Numbered from the stretch's first letter, positions 42,199-53,695 are shown. The stretch: 64,000 nt of DNA from Pseudomonadales bacterium (GCA_036568505.1 DATCSK010000014.1:13022-77021), one strand, 5' to 3'. Translations and numbers: made by a program. The notes: generated by a model from the letters alone, not told the origin.

Positions 42199-43485
42199 CT
42201 AGCGCAACTTTTCGCGGGCAATGGCGCGGTAGGCAATATCGTGTCGATAGAAAGCGTCGTCCCAGTGAATGCTATCCAGGCGTTGGTAAGCGCGTTGCTG
42301 CGCTTCGCTGACGCTGCGGCCGATGGCCGTGACGCACAGGACGCGGCCGCCGCTGGTCACCACCCGATCGCCGTCGAGGCGGGTACCGGCATGGAATGTT
42401 TTGCAGTCGGCGGTGTCGCCATCAAGGCCGCTAATGACATGCCCTTTGCTGTAATCGCCAGGATAGCCTCCGGCCGCCATGACAATGCCCACGGTGGCGC
42501 GTTCGTCCCAATCGGCCTGCGCGGTATCGAGTGTTTTGTCGAGTGCGGCATTGCACAGGCCGACCAGATCCGAGCGCAGGCGCATCATGATGGGCTGGGT
42601 TTCCGGATCGCCGAAGCGGCAGTTGTATTCGATGACCTTGGGGGTGCCGGCTTCATCAATCATCAGGCCGGCATAAAGAAACCCGGTGTAGGCGTTGCCT
42701 TCAGCCGCCATGCCGCGCACGGTCGGCAGGATGATGTCGTGCATGACGCGTTGATGCACGGCATCGGTGACCACCGGTGCCGGTGAGTAGGCGCCCATGC
42801 CGCCGGTATTGGGGCCGGTATCGCCATCGCCGACGCGTTTGTGGTCCTGGCTGGTGGCCATGGCCAGCACATGCTCACCGTCAACCATGACAATAAAACT
42901 GGCCTCTTCGCCCGCTAAAAACTCTTCAATGACAACACGGCAGCCGGCCTCGCCAAAGGCATTGCCAGACAGCATGTCGCGCACGGCCTCTTCGGCTTGT
43001 TGCATGGTCTCGGCGACGATGACGCCCTTGCCTGCGGCCAAACCATCGGCCTTGATGACAATCGGCACGCCGTGTTGATGCAAGTAGGCGAGTGCAGGCT
43101 CGATGGCGGTAAAATTCTGATACGCCGCGGTGGGGATGGCGTGGCGGGCAAGAAAATCCTTGGTGAAGGCTTTGGAGCCCTCGAGTTGTGCGGCGCCTTG
43201 GGATGGGCCAAAGCAGCGCAGGCCTCGGGCTTGAAAATAGTCGACGATGCCGCCGACCAAGGGCGCTTCGGGGCCGATAATGGTTAGGCCGACGCGCTTG
43301 GCTTCAGCGAAGTCAGCCAGTGCGGCGAAGTCCATCGCATCCAGATCGACATTCTGGCAGCGTGCCTCGCGTGCCGTGCCGGCGTTGCCGGGGGCAACGA
43401 AGACGGTATCGACCTCTGCGGACTGTGCCGCTTTCCAGGCCAGCGCGTGCTCACGGCCACCGGAACCAATGATCAGGATATTCAT
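42199..43485 (-). CDS. purD: phosphoribosylamine--glycine ligase
   Basis: MNILIIGSGGREHALAWK plus an ATP-grasp core. 428 aa. Confidence 0.96.
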   Translation of the reverse strand: MNILIIGSGGREHALAWKAAQSAEVDTVFVAPGNAGTAREARCQNVDLDAMDFAALADFAEAKRVGLTIIGPEAPLVGGIVDYFQARGLRCFGPSQGAAQLEGSKAFTKDFLARHAIPTAAYQNFTAIEPALAYLHQHGVPIVIKADGLAAGKGVIVAETMQQAEEAVRDMLSGNAFGEAGCRVVIEEFLAGEEASFIVMVDGEHVLAMATSQDHKRVGDGDTGPNTGGMGAYSPAPVVTDAVHQRVMHDIILPTVRGMAAEGNAYTGFLYAGLMIDEAGTPKVIEYNCRFGDPETQPIMMRLRSDLVGLCNAALDKTLDTAQADWDERATVGIVMAAGGYPGDYSKGHVISGLDGDTADCKTFHAGTRLDGDRVVTSGGRVLCVTAIGRSVSEAQQRAYQRLDSIHWDDAFYRHDIAYRAIAREKLR

Positions 43486-43500
43486 GGTGGCTCCTGTGGG

Positions 43501-45081
43501 TTAGTGACGGAAATGCCGCATGCCGGTAAACACCATTGCCATGCCGTGTTCGTCGGCGGCGGCAATGGTTTCTGCATCGCGCATGGAGCCGCCGGGTTGG
43601 ATGACGCAGCGGATGCCGACGGCGGCGGCATTATCAATGCCATCGCGGAACGGAAAAAACGCATCCGAGGCCATGACCGCATCCTTGACGGCAAGGCCGG
43701 CATGCTCTGCCTTGATGGCGGCAATGCGCGCTGAATTCACGCGGCTCATTTGACCCGCACCAATGCCGATGGTCTGACGGTTTTTGGCATAAACGATGGC
43801 GTTGGATTTGACGAATTTGGCAACCTTCCATGCAAAGATCATGTCGTGCATTTCGGCTTCGGTCGGTGCGCGCCGCGTGACGATTTTCAAGTCGGCCTCA
43901 CGGACCATGCCAAGGTCACGGTCTTGCACCAGCAAGCCGCCGTTGACGCGCTTGTAATCAAAAGCAGCGGCGGGTGTCGTAGACCATTCACCGCATTCCA
44001 GTACACGGACATTTTGTTTGGCTTGCGTGATTGCCAGCGCGGCGGCTGAAATTTTGGGGGCGATAATCACTTCAACAAATTGGCGATCAATAATGGCCTT
44101 GGCCGTTTCTGCATCCAGTTCGCGGTTGAACGCGATGATGCCACCAAAGGCGGATTCCGGATCGGTTTGATGCGCCAGATTATACGCCGTCAAAATACCG
44201 TCGAGCGATACGGCTACGCCGCAGGGGTTGGCGTGCTTCACGATCACGCACGCGGGTTTTACAAAACTCTTGACGCATTCCAATGCGGCATCGGTATCGG
44301 CCACATTGTTGTACGACAACTCCTTGCCCTGCAGTTGACGCGCCGTCGCAATCGACACTTCGGTGAGTTTTCGTTCGATATAAAACGCGGCGCGTTGATG
44401 CGGGTTTTCACCGTAACGCATGTCTTGTGCTTTGATGAATTGGGTGTTGAATGTTCGCGGGAACGGTTCATTGCCGCCGGGTACGCGTTGACCAAAATAA
44501 TTGGCGATGGCGCCATCGTAGGCTGCCGTATGCTCAAAGGCTTTAATGGCAAGATCAAAACGGGTGGCGTAGCCGGTGGTGCCGTGATTGTTTTTTAGCT
44601 CCTCGAGAATGGGTGCGTAATCATTGGCGTTGACGACAATGTTAACGAAGGCGTGATTTTTGGCGGCAGAGCGCACCATGGTCGGGCCACCAATGTCGAT
44701 GTTCTCAATGGCATCGGCCTGGCTGCAATCGGGTTTGGCAATGGTGTTTTCAAACGGGTACAGATTCACGATGACCATGTCGATGGGTGCGATGTCGTGC
44801 TCGGCCATCACGGCATCGTCGGTGCCGCGGCGACCTAAAATGCCGCCGTGAATTTTCGGGTGTAGTGTTTTGACGCGACCGTCCATCATTTCAGGAAAGC
44901 CGGTGTGGTCAGAAACTTCGGTGACGGGAATCTGGTTTTCTTGCAGCAATCGGAACGTGCCGCCGGTGGAGAGTAATGCAATGCCGAGTGCGCTGAGTGA
45001 GCGGGCAAACTCCACAATGCCGGTTTTATCGGAGACGCTGATCAGTGCGCGTCGTACCGCGATCCGGTCTGGGTGTGTCAT
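43501..45081 (-). CDS. purH: bifunctional AICAR transformylase / IMP cyclohydrolase
   Basis: [30 protein letters not shown] and FTGMRHFRH. 526 aa. Confidence 0.96.
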   Translation of the reverse strand: MTHPDRIAVRRALISVSDKTGIVEFARSLSALGIALLSTGGTFRLLQENQIPVTEVSDHTGFPEMMDGRVKTLHPKIHGGILGRRGTDDAVMAEHDIAPIDMVIVNLYPFENTIAKPDCSQADAIENIDIGGPTMVRSAAKNHAFVNIVVNANDYAPILEELKNNHGTTGYATRFDLAIKAFEHTAAYDGAIANYFGQRVPGGNEPFPRTFNTQFIKAQDMRYGENPHQRAAFYIERKLTEVSIATARQLQGKELSYNNVADTDAALECVKSFVKPACVIVKHANPCGVAVSLDGILTAYNLAHQTDPESAFGGIIAFNRELDAETAKAIIDRQFVEVIIAPKISAAALAITQAKQNVRVLECGEWSTTPAAAFDYKRVNGGLLVQDRDLGMVREADLKIVTRRAPTEAEMHDMIFAWKVAKFVKSNAIVYAKNRQTIGIGAGQMSRVNSARIAAIKAEHAGLAVKDAVMASDAFFPFRDGIDNAAAVGIRCVIQPGGSMRDAETIAAADEHGMAMVFTGMRHFRH

Positions 45082-45103
45082 GAGATCCTCTCGAATGATG
45101 GGG

Positions 45104-45403
45104 TTACAGTAATCCGTATTGCTTGAGTTTTTTACGCAAGGTGCCGCGATTCAGGCCCAGCAATTCCGATGCCTGCGTCTGATTGCCGCTGGTGTATTGC
45201 ATGACGGCAGAGAGTAGGGGGGCTTCCACTTCGGCCAGCACCATGTTGTAGACATCGTGAGCGGGCTGCCCTTCGAGGTGATCGAAATAGCATTGAATGG
45301 CTTCGGCAACGCATTCGCGCAAGGCGCGCGGTTGTGCGCGGTGGTCCGCTTTGGCATTCAGTGGTACTACAGTGGATGATGTCATTGCCTTGGCAGTGTT
45401 CAT
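45104..45403 (-). CDS. fis: DNA-binding protein Fis
   Basis: The C-terminus [27 protein letters not shown] is the Fis HTH. The start ATG 45403 overlaps the dusB stop (ATGA). Confidence 0.9.
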   Translation of the reverse strand: MNTAKAMTSSTVVPLNAKADHRAQPRALRECVAEAIQCYFDHLEGQPAHDVYNMVLAEVEAPLLSAVMQYTSGNQTQASELLGLNRGTLRKKLKQYGLL

Positions 45404-46377
45404 GCAGCGATGTCCTTCCATTGCGGGTCGTGGGTCAGCGCATCAAGAAACGCTGCCTGCCCTGACGCTGTCGTCAAACGGTTAAATAAACGGGCATCAA
45501 GCCCGAGTCGATCGAGGTACCAGCCTATGTGCTTGCGTGCAATGCGCAGGCCTGCGAAGTCGCCGTAAAAATCCAGCAGGCTTTGCCAGTGGCTGTGCAT
45601 AACGGCGAAAACTTCGTCGCGGGTCGGCGGTGTTAATCGCTGACCTGTGTTCAGGGTATGGCTGATTTCCCGAAATACCCAGGGGTAGCCCTGGGCAGCG
45701 CGGCCAATCATAACACCATCGGCGCCGGTATGGGCGAGCACCTCAAGCGCTTTTTGTGGTGAATCAATATCGCCATTGGCAATCACCGGGATGCGGATGG
45801 CCTGCTTGATGGCGGCAATGGTGTCATATTCCACAGCGCCCTGAAAACGGCAGGCGCGGGTACGGCCATGCACAGTGAGCGCTTGCACACCGGCAGCCTC
45901 AGCGAGTTGCGCGATCACAACGCCGTTGCGTTGATCGGGTGCCGAGCCGGTACGGATTTTTAAGGTGACGGGCACGTCCACGGCCTGAACCACGGCGTGC
46001 AAAATGCGTTCGACTTGCGCGGTATCCGCGAGCAGCGCCGAGCCGGCGGCTTTTTTACAGACTTTCTTGGCAGGGCAGCCCATGTTGATATCAATGATTT
46101 GTGCGCCGGCATCGACATTCCAGCGGGCAGCCTCCGCCATGGCGTGCGGGTCATGGCCTGCGATTTGCACACAGATCGGGCCGGGCTCGCCGCGGTGATC
46201 GCTGCGGTGACGGGATTTTTGGGTGTGACGCAACGCCGGGTTGGATGAGAGCATTTCGCTGACGCTGTGCCCGGCACCCAATTGCCGGCACAGTGTGCGA
46301 AACGGCAGATCGGTGACGCCGGCCATGGGTGCCAGCACAACCGGCACATCAATGCGATAAGGTCCGATGAAAAACAC
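45400..46377 (-). CDS. dusB: tRNA-dihydrouridine synthase B
   Basis: LAPMAGVTDLPFRTLC and DINMGCPAKKV. In the conserved dusB-fis pair. Confidence 0.94.
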   Translation of the reverse strand: MFFIGPYRIDVPVVLAPMAGVTDLPFRTLCRQLGAGHSVSEMLSSNPALRHTQKSRHRSDHRGEPGPICVQIAGHDPHAMAEAARWNVDAGAQIIDINMGCPAKKVCKKAAGSALLADTAQVERILHAVVQAVDVPVTLKIRTGSAPDQRNGVVIAQLAEAAGVQALTVHGRTRACRFQGAVEYDTIAAIKQAIRIPVIANGDIDSPQKALEVLAHTGADGVMIGRAAQGYPWVFREISHTLNTGQRLTPPTRDEVFAVMHSHWQSLLDFYGDFAGLRIARKHIGWYLDRLGLDARLFNRLTTASGQAAFLDALTHDPQWKDIAA

Positions 46378-46449
46378 GCCAGCCGACCGTTGGTTAAAAA
46401 ATGGTCGGCCATGATACCCCTGTGCTCAGGGGGAGGAAAGACCCGTTAA

Positions 46450-47730
46450 TTACGGTAATGGTTGCAGGGCGTAGCTGAATGCAGCAGGCCCCGGATCCGC
46501 AATTTCCAGGGCGACATGCACGGATTGGTGTGCATTCAATTTGCGTGCGCCGGCCATTTCGCCGGCCAGGTAGTGATCGGGTTCCAGAATGCGTTGTGCC
46601 AGCGGCTGGCCGTTGACGTCTGAAAATTGCAGCAGCAATCTCGGGTAGGGCTGGTCGAACGCGGCATCATTGCTCAGCACAAAATCCACGGTGAGTGCGT
46701 TATGCAGTTTGGCGTGTGAGCGTACCATCAAGTTACTGGCTTGCAGGTTTTGCAGGTCGGTTTCATCCGGCAGGGTGCAGCCGACCATCGGGCAAATGCG
46801 GGCCAGCATGCCCCGGTAGCCGGGGTTGTGTGCGAGGCTGTCGAAGCGATAGACGGTGTATTGCACGAGCAGGCCGATGATGGCCAGACAGGCGATGGCG
46901 AGCCACAGGCCTTCGCGTTGCAACACATTGCGGGTGTCATAAACCGGCATTTCAATGGGTGCGCCACCAATGCGTTCGAGCTTGGTGTGCATGGGCTCGG
47001 TCATGACCACGTCGTCTTCGCTGGCGGCGGTCATCGGCCGGTCACCGGCCAGGGTGTTGAAGGCGTCGTCCAGGTCGTCCAGATTGACGACCGGCAGGTC
47101 ATCGCGCGTGGGCGTCTCGTCATCATCGAGGCTGATGGCGGGCATGCTTTTTTGGGTGGTGGTCTCTAAAGGAAGCTCGTCAGCAGCCTCGCTGTCGATG
47201 TCATCGTCATCCACGTCATCAAGAATAAACGGACGTACATCCTCGAATTCGTCAGATGCGCTTGCCGAAGCGTCATCGCGGTGGTCGGCTTGAGCAGGGG
47301 GGGCATTGTCAGACGCTGTATTTCCTGTGTTGGTGGCTTCCTGATCGGTGGTCAGGAAGGCATCGGAAAACTTCATTTGCCGGGCTTCGACGGCTTGTGC
47401 CTTGGCTTCGTCGACGCCAATTTCGTCATCAAATACCGCGTCCTCGATGACTTCCTCGTCTTCGATGGGGTTGTGCATCACGGCGTCGCGGACGTTGGCG
47501 CCAATATCTTCCACTTCGTCATCGTCGTCATGCCGCGCAAAATCCGGGGTGTCATCATCGGCTGCGCGGGCGGCGGCGAGAACATCGGCGGATACAGGAA
47601 AGTCGGTGGCCGTGAACACATGACGGCACTGGCCGCAACGCACAATGCCGTCGGCCATGGACAGTTCGCGCTCCGAGACTTCAAAGGCAGTGCCGCAATT
47701 GGGGCACTGGGTAATGAATGGTTCCGTCAT
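46450..47730 (-). CDS. MJ0042-type zinc-ribbon / DUF3426 membrane protein
   Basis: An N-terminal CPNCGTAFEV...RCGQCRHVF zinc ribbon, a long hyper-acidic linker, one TM helix and a C-terminal DUF3426-like domain. Sits between prmA and dusB as in pseudomonads. Confidence 0.75.
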   Translation of the reverse strand: MTEPFITQCPNCGTAFEVSERELSMADGIVRCGQCRHVFTATDFPVSADVLAAARAADDDTPDFARHDDDDEVEDIGANVRDAVMHNPIEDEEVIEDAVFDDEIGVDEAKAQAVEARQMKFSDAFLTTDQEATNTGNTASDNAPPAQADHRDDASASASDEFEDVRPFILDDVDDDDIDSEAADELPLETTTQKSMPAISLDDDETPTRDDLPVVNLDDLDDAFNTLAGDRPMTAASEDDVVMTEPMHTKLERIGGAPIEMPVYDTRNVLQREGLWLAIACLAIIGLLVQYTVYRFDSLAHNPGYRGMLARICPMVGCTLPDETDLQNLQASNLMVRSHAKLHNALTVDFVLSNDAAFDQPYPRLLLQFSDVNGQPLAQRILEPDHYLAGEMAGARKLNAHQSVHVALEIADPGPAAFSYALQPLP

Positions 47731-47777
47731 CTGTGGTGTCTTCCCTGTACGGTTAGGGGCTCAGTTTACTGGTTTTG

Positions 47778-48668
47778 CTAGGGCGTACAACTGTCGATTG
47801 CCCGCGCGACAAGGCAGGCCCAGCCTTGATCTACGCGAGGCGGTTCAAATTGAAGCCGGCGCTCATAGGCGTGCATCACCTGTGCGATTTGTGGTTCCAA
47901 TAAGCCGGACATCACCAGCACCGCACCGGGTTTGAGTAATTGACAGAGCGTGTCGGCCAAATGCACCAACGGGCCGGCGAGAATATTGGCGAGCACGATA
48001 TCGGCCTTGGCTGCGGGTGGCGCGTTATCGGGGGTGTGTAATGGCAGGCGGTCGTCGGCAATGCGATTGCGATGCGCGTTGTCGCGACTGGCAACCAGGG
48101 CCTGCGGGTCGTGGTCAATGCCCATCGCGGTTGCGGCGCCGAGCTTGAGTGCGGCAATCGCCAGAATGCCCGAGCCGCAGCCGTAATCAATGACGGATTG
48201 CCCATCGATCGACTGCCCGGAGAGCCATTGCAGGCACAACGCCGTCGTAGGGTGGGTGCCGGTACCAAAGGCAAGGCCAGGGTCTAAGTGCACCGCGACG
48301 GTGCCGGCGTCGGTTTCAAAGCCCGTAGGCACAATCGATAGGCGACCAAAGTGCAATGGGCGGTAGTCGATCAACCAGGCGCGCACCCAATCCTGATCAT
48401 CGACACGTTCCGCGCGCCACGCAGGCAGCGGTTCACCGAGAGCGGCTTGTATGGCGTGAACGACCGGTTCGGCGCTGGGGTGATCGGTAAACAATGCGGC
48501 CAGGCGTACGCTGGCCCATAGCGGCGTGGTGTTGAGTTCGGGTTCAAGAATGGGGTTGTCGGCAGCGTCGCTCAACGTGACCGACAATGCACCGGCTTCC
48601 AGCAGGGCGGTCTCCAGTGATGCCACCGCAGCCTGTTCGATTTCGAAATGCAATTGCAGCCAGGCCAC
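47778..48668 (-). CDS. prmA: ribosomal protein L11 methyltransferase
   Basis: FGTGTHPTTALCLQWL and DYGCGSGILAIAA motifs. 296 aa. Confidence 0.94.
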   Translation of the reverse strand: MAWLQLHFEIEQAAVASLETALLEAGALSVTLSDAADNPILEPELNTTPLWASVRLAALFTDHPSAEPVVHAIQAALGEPLPAWRAERVDDQDWVRAWLIDYRPLHFGRLSIVPTGFETDAGTVAVHLDPGLAFGTGTHPTTALCLQWLSGQSIDGQSVIDYGCGSGILAIAALKLGAATAMGIDHDPQALVASRDNAHRNRIADDRLPLHTPDNAPPAAKADIVLANILAGPLVHLADTLCQLLKPGAVLVMSGLLEPQIAQVMHAYERRLQFEPPRVDQGWACLVARAIDSCTP

Positions 48669-48672
48669 GGGA

Positions 48673-50013
48673 TCAGCTTTTCAGCTTTTTCTCGAGGTAG
48701 TGGATGTTGATGCCGCCTTTGCGGAATTCGGCATCGCGTACCAGTTCCTGATGCAAGGGCTGATTGGTTTTGATGCCGGTAATGGCCAACTCATCGAGCG
48801 CCTGTTTCATGCGGTTGAGTGCGTTCTCGCGATCACGACCGAAGGTGATGATTTTGCCAATCAGTGAATCGTAGTTGGGCGGTACGCTGTAGCCGGTGTA
48901 CAAATGCGAGTCGACACGCACGCCGGGGCCGCCGGGCGCATGGTAATAAGTGACTTTGCCAGGGCAGGGCATAAAGGTGGCCGGATCTTCGGCGTTAATG
49001 CGGCATTCAAACGCGTGGCCCTGGATGATGACGTCTTCCTGCTTGATCGAGAGCGGCATGCCGGAGGCAATGCGCAGCTGCTCTTTGACAATGTCCACGC
49101 CGGTGACCATTTCCGTGACCGGATGCTCGACTTGCACGCGGGTGTTCATTTCGATGAAGTAGAAGCAGCCGTTTTCGTACAGAAATTCAAAAGTGCCTGC
49201 GCCACGGTAGCCGATATCGATGCAGGCGCGAACGCAAGCTTCTTGTGTTTCGCGGCGCACGTCATCGGGAATATGGGGTGCAGGGGCCTCCTCCAATACT
49301 TTTTGGTGGCGGCGTTGCAATGAACAGTCGCGATCGCCCAGATGAATGGCATTGCCTTGACCGTCGGCCAGCACCTGAATTTCGACATGGCGAGGGTTTT
49401 CGAGAAATTTCTCCATGTACACCACGCCGCTGCCAAATGCGGCGGCGGCTTCGCTGCGACACCCGTTCACGGCATTCAGCAGGTGTGCCTCGCTGTGCAC
49501 GACACGCATGCCGCGACCACCGCCACCGGCAGCGGCTTTGATGATCACCGGGTAACCCACCTGCTTGCCCATTTTGCGAATGGCGTCGTCATCATCGGGT
49601 AGCGCGCCATCCGAGCCGGGTACGGTCGGGACGCCGGCTTTCTTCATGGCATCTTTGGCAGAGACTTTATCGCCCATCAGACGGATGACATCGGCCGTCG
49701 GACCAATGAATACGAAACCGCTGTTCTCGACCTGCTCGGCAAAGTCGGCATTTTCAGCCAAAAAACCATAGCCCGGGTGAATGGCCGAGGCGTCCGTAAT
49801 CTCGGCGGCACTGATAATGGCCGGCACATTTAAGTAGCTCAGCGGCGACGGGTTGGGGCCGATGCAGACGGACTCGTCTGCCAGGCGGACGTGCATCAGG
49901 TCGCGATCAATTTGCGAATGCACGGCGACAGTCTTGATGCCGAGCTCTTTGCAGGCACGCAAAATGCGCAGAGCAATCTCGCCGCGGTTGGCTATAACAA
50001 CTTTATCAAGCAT
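48673..50013 (-). CDS. accC: acetyl-CoA carboxylase biotin carboxylase subunit
   Basis: [26 protein letters not shown] plus an ATP-grasp. 446 aa. Confidence 0.97.
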   Translation of the reverse strand: MLDKVVIANRGEIALRILRACKELGIKTVAVHSQIDRDLMHVRLADESVCIGPNPSPLSYLNVPAIISAAEITDASAIHPGYGFLAENADFAEQVENSGFVFIGPTADVIRLMGDKVSAKDAMKKAGVPTVPGSDGALPDDDDAIRKMGKQVGYPVIIKAAAGGGGRGMRVVHSEAHLLNAVNGCRSEAAAAFGSGVVYMEKFLENPRHVEIQVLADGQGNAIHLGDRDCSLQRRHQKVLEEAPAPHIPDDVRRETQEACVRACIDIGYRGAGTFEFLYENGCFYFIEMNTRVQVEHPVTEMVTGVDIVKEQLRIASGMPLSIKQEDVIIQGHAFECRINAEDPATFMPCPGKVTYYHAPGGPGVRVDSHLYTGYSVPPNYDSLIGKIITFGRDRENALNRMKQALDELAITGIKTNQPLHQELVRDAEFRKGGINIHYLEKKLKS

Positions 50014-50034
50014 GACGGAATCCTGAGGCTGGGA

Positions 50035-50493
50035 TCAAACGATGGTGATCATGGGCTGGTCGAATTCCACGGGCTGGCCGTCGGAGGCCAGAATGGCACC
50101 GACGGTGCCGGCACGATCGGCTTCAATGTGGTTCATCATTTTCATGGCTTCCACGATGCATAAAACATCGCCCTGTTTGACGCTTTGGCCTACCGTAATA
50201 AAAGGCTTTGCTCCCGGAGCGGGCGCTCCGTAGTAAGTGCCAACCATCGGCGAGCGCACGATATGGCCTTGCAGTTCGGTATCCGCCGGCTCGCTGACTG
50301 CCGAGGCAGCCGGTGCTGCCGCAGGGGTCGCGACAGGGGCGGGTGCTGCCACATAGGTTTGTTGTGCCGGCATGGCAGGCGCATTGCGATTACGGCTCAG
50401 GCGAACCGATTCTTCGCCTTCCCGAATTTCCAGTTCATCAATGTTGGACTCTTCGAGCAGTTCAACGAGTTTTTTGAGTTTGCGGATATCCAT
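50035..50493 (-). CDS. accB: acetyl-CoA carboxylase biotin carboxyl carrier protein
   Basis: [15 protein letters not shown] biotinylation motif with an Ala/Pro-rich linker. 152 aa. Confidence 0.95.
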   Translation of the reverse strand: MDIRKLKKLVELLEESNIDELEIREGEESVRLSRNRNAPAMPAQQTYVAAPAPVATPAAAPAASAVSEPADTELQGHIVRSPMVGTYYGAPAPGAKPFITVGQSVKQGDVLCIVEAMKMMNHIEADRAGTVGAILASDGQPVEFDQPMITIV

Positions 50494-50522
50494 GGATTTA
50501 TCAGCCTTCTATGGGATAGGGG

Positions 50523-50969
50523 TTAACAGGAGGTGTCGAGTTTGGCGAGGGCGGCCTGAAGGGCCAGTCGATAGCCTTGTGGGCCAAGGCCGCAGATCAC
50601 GCCGTCGGCAATATCTGAAAAATAGGAATGCTGGCGAAAGGCTTCGCGTCGATGGATGTTCGACAAATGCACCTCAATAAACGGTATGTCGACTGCCAGC
50701 AGGGCATCCCGCAGCGCCACGCTGGTGTGCGTGAAGGCGGCGGGGTTGATAATGATGTAGTTCACGCCTTCGGCGCGTGCGGCTTGAATGCGGTCAACCA
50801 GTTCGTATTCGGCATTGCTTTGCAGGTGCAGCAGGTGGTGCCCTGCGCGGGTGGCGATATCCATCAGTTCGCCATTGATGGCTTCCAGCGTGGCGTGGCC
50901 GTAAGTGTCGGGTTCGCGGCTGCCGAGCAGATTCAGATTGGGTCCGTGCAGAATCAGGATGGTGGCCAT
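50523..50969 (-). CDS. aroQ: type II 3-dehydroquinate dehydratase
   Basis: [33 protein letters not shown] and [12 protein letters not shown]. Confidence 0.95.
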   Translation of the reverse strand: MATILILHGPNLNLLGSREPDTYGHATLEAINGELMDIATRAGHHLLHLQSNAEYELVDRIQAARAEGVNYIIINPAAFTHTSVALRDALLAVDIPFIEVHLSNIHRREAFRQHSYFSDIADGVICGLGPQGYRLALQAALAKLDTSC

Positions 50970-51208
50970 GACTGCCTCGCAATACGGGGATATTGATAAT
51001 GCTTTATATAGTGTGGGGCATTTTGCCTAAAAGCCGATCGACAGGCAATGCATTTTGGGAAATTACGCACGTTCTTGGTGTTTTTCCGGCATTTCGGCGA
51101 AGTTTATCGCATTTGAGCGGGCTGCTGCCCTGTCCGTTATGACGTGCGGTGCGGCCGGTGGAGTCAGTGTGCCAGCCTCAGTGGTCTGAATATTGTTCCT
51201 ATCATCGC

Positions 51209-52888
51209 TTATTGTGCAGGCAATGTGTCCTCTACGGTCGATTGGAGCGCAGAGGGTGTGAGAATTTGAGAAAACACAACCGGTTGCTGGCGGGTGTCGG
51301 CGGGATAAAGCACATACAGCGGTACGCCGGAGCGACCGAATTCGGCGAGTAATGCATTAATGGCCGGGTCCGGGCGTGTCCAATCGGCCTTGAGATAGTG
51401 GATGCGGTGCCGGGCAAACAGGGCGCGGGTGGCATCCGTGTCCAGCACCAGGCGCTCATTCGCCAGGCAGGTAATGCACCAGTCGGCGGTGACGTTTACA
51501 AACACCGGCTGACCTTGTGCGCGCAAGGCGATCACTTTTTGAGCGGACCAGCTGTCGGCCTGCGGGTTGATGCGGGCGTCGGATGATGAGATGAATGCTA
51601 TGGGTAATACGCTGAGCACCAACAAGAGCCACGCGGTATTGCGGGGTGCGGACGGTTCGCGATGGCGCTCAAACAGCCAGCAGGCGAGTGCTAATGCCGT
51701 GCTGCCGGCGAGGGCCAGCAGTAATGAGGTGGTGCTGGTTTGGTGGCTGAGCACCCACAGTAGCCAGACAATCGTGGCGGCCATCGGCAGTGCCAGCCAG
51801 TGCTTGAAGTGTTCCATCCACGGGCCGGGCTTGGGCAGTCGTCGTGCCAGTGCCGGTAACAAACCCAGGACCACAAAAGGGGCAGCCATGCCGGCACCCA
51901 AACAGGCGAACACAGTGAGCGTGACGACTGCCGGTTGGGTCATGGCATAGCCGAGCGCGGTGGCCATGAACGGTGCGGTGCAAGGGCTGGCGACCACGAC
52001 CGCCAGTGCGCCGGTAAAAAACGAGGCGGTTGGGCGATTGCCCTCGGTCAGGTGTTGACCCACGCCCAACCAGCGCAAGCCCGGGCTGAAGCCGCCCAGC
52101 AACGTGATGGTAATGCCGGTAAATAGCCAGATCAGTGCGGTGATGACCTGCGGCGATTGCAGTTGAAAACCCCAGCCGGCACTGCTGCCACCGGCTCGAA
52201 TCAGGATGAGCGCGCCGCCCATCAGTAAAAAGCTGCCGATCACGCCGCCGGCATAACACAGCGCATGCGTCAGTGTGCTGCCGCGATGGGCATGGGTGGT
52301 GATGGCGATCACTTTTAATGACAGCACCGGAAAGACACAGGGCATCAGGTTCAGGATCAGGCCGCCTATAAAGGCAATCAAGGCAATCAACATCAGCCCG
52401 GAGTGATCATTCGGTTGCGGTGATGCCGGCTGCGGTTCTGCGGCGACAGGCACGACGGTGCGGTTTGCGTGATCAATTTGCCAATGAAGTACTTCCGGCG
52501 GGTAGCAAAGGCCGGCATCGGCGCAACCTTGAAACGCCAGGGCGGCATGATCGGCATCGGCGGGAGGATCCATCAAAACGGAGACCGCGCCGTAATAAAC
52601 CTCGACCTCGCCAAACAAGTCGTCGTTCGTGCGTAAGCCTGTCGGCAACAAGAGCGGCAGGCGGCTTTTAAAACCGTGGCGGTACAGGTAGTAGCCGTCG
52701 GCAATGTGCCAGTCCACGCGCAGCTGCGAGCCTTCCAGTGAAGCGCGGGCTTGGTAGGCCTCATGCACCGGAAGAAAGTGCGGGGCACTATCGTCCAGTG
52801 ATCGGCTGTCGCGTTCGCCCAAAGCGGCCCATGCGGTCATGGGCAGCAGGACAAGCAACAGAATGCGGGTGATCGTGCGTAATGGCAT
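51209..52888 (-). CDS. dsbD: thiol:disulfide interchange protein DsbD
   Basis: Signal peptide, an N-terminal Ig-like domain (GCADAGLCYPP), a central TM core with Cys (NLMPCVFPVL, ASPCTAPF) and a C-terminal thioredoxin fold (TADWCITC). Confidence 0.9.
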   Translation of the reverse strand: MPLRTITRILLLVLLPMTAWAALGERDSRSLDDSAPHFLPVHEAYQARASLEGSQLRVDWHIADGYYLYRHGFKSRLPLLLPTGLRTNDDLFGEVEVYYGAVSVLMDPPADADHAALAFQGCADAGLCYPPEVLHWQIDHANRTVVPVAAEPQPASPQPNDHSGLMLIALIAFIGGLILNLMPCVFPVLSLKVIAITTHAHRGSTLTHALCYAGGVIGSFLLMGGALILIRAGGSSAGWGFQLQSPQVITALIWLFTGITITLLGGFSPGLRWLGVGQHLTEGNRPTASFFTGALAVVVASPCTAPFMATALGYAMTQPAVVTLTVFACLGAGMAAPFVVLGLLPALARRLPKPGPWMEHFKHWLALPMAATIVWLLWVLSHQTSTTSLLLALAGSTALALACWLFERHREPSAPRNTAWLLLVLSVLPIAFISSSDARINPQADSWSAQKVIALRAQGQPVFVNVTADWCITCLANERLVLDTDATRALFARHRIHYLKADWTRPDPAINALLAEFGRSGVPLYVLYPADTRQQPVVFSQILTPSALQSTVEDTLPAQ

Positions 52889-52989
52889 GCGGTTGCCGAG
52901 GGTCGCAAAAAAGGAAAAACAGTGTGCAACACTCGCGCGAGCTATGCCAGCCTCGGCTAGAATGGGCGTCAGTTAATTGCCGCGTGGTG

Positions 52990-53691
52990 ATGTTGTCGAT
53001 GCGCCGTCTTTGTTTTTGTTTGCTGCTGGTGCCGCTGTTGGCCGCTTGTACCCAGCCAATGCCACTGCCAAAGCCATCGGAGCCTGATCCCCAGCAGTTA
53101 TGGATACAGCAGATGTTGGTCGCCGCCGAGCTCGCTTTTTCTGAAAACCGGTTAATGATTCCGGTGAACGACAACGCCTTTGACCGGTATCGGCAAATTC
53201 TCGATATTGCGCCGGATAATGCCGAGGCACAATTAGGATTAAAAAAGATTTGCCGTCGCTATTTGACCTTGGCCAATGAGGCTGCGCACGGCGGTGATTT
53301 GGTGGCCGCGCAACGCTACGTCGATCGGGCGCGTAAGGCCGACCCTTCTTACGAAGCGTTGGATCACATGGAGAGTTATCTTGATCTATTGGTAGAAGAG
53401 CAACGCAAGGAGCGTGCGCGGCAGGCGAAGCCCCGCGTCAGCAAAAAGAATGAATATTGGCTGGATGTGGCGGCAGTGAATGCGCGCAGCCCGGCGATGG
53501 TTGCACAATTGCACGCGATTGCTAAAGAAGTGAGGGCGTTAGACACCCGTTTCGAAATTATCGCGCGTTCGGATCCGGAAGGCCGTTGGATATATCAAAC
53601 GATGCGCGATGCCGTTTCGGATTACCGTTTGCGTGCGAACCTTGAGCGCGGCAATGCCCCGCGTATTATTTTAATTGATGTGCAGGAGTAG
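52990..53691 (+). CDS. hypothetical lipoprotein with TPR-like helical region
   Basis: Lipobox LLAAC after a short n-region. Start is ambiguous among GTG 52987, ATG 52990 and ATG 52999. No family recognised. Confidence 0.6.
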   Translation: MLSMRRLCFCLLLVPLLAACTQPMPLPKPSEPDPQQLWIQQMLVAAELAFSENRLMIPVNDNAFDRYRQILDIAPDNAEAQLGLKKICRRYLTLANEAAHGGDLVAAQRYVDRARKADPSYEALDHMESYLDLLVEEQRKERARQAKPRVSKKNEYWLDVAAVNARSPAMVAQLHAIAKEVRALDTRFEIIARSDPEGRWIYQTMRDAVSDYRLRANLERGNAPRIILIDVQE

Positions 53692-53695
53692 CAGA

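Noticed and set aside
46382-46409. A 7-bp inverted repeat GCCGACC-N14-GGTCGGC in the spacer upstream of dusB.
   Set aside because: The loop is long, and on the relevant (minus) strand a short spacer precedes the T-run. It could be a weak attenuator, but there is no supporting evidence, so it is not reported as a feature.
50999-51142. A 47-codon + strand ORF in the 239-nt aroQ-dsbD spacer.
   Set aside because: It has no SD and no recognisable features, and it lies in a region better explained as the promoter region of the aroQ-accBC unit and the 3' UTR of dsbD.
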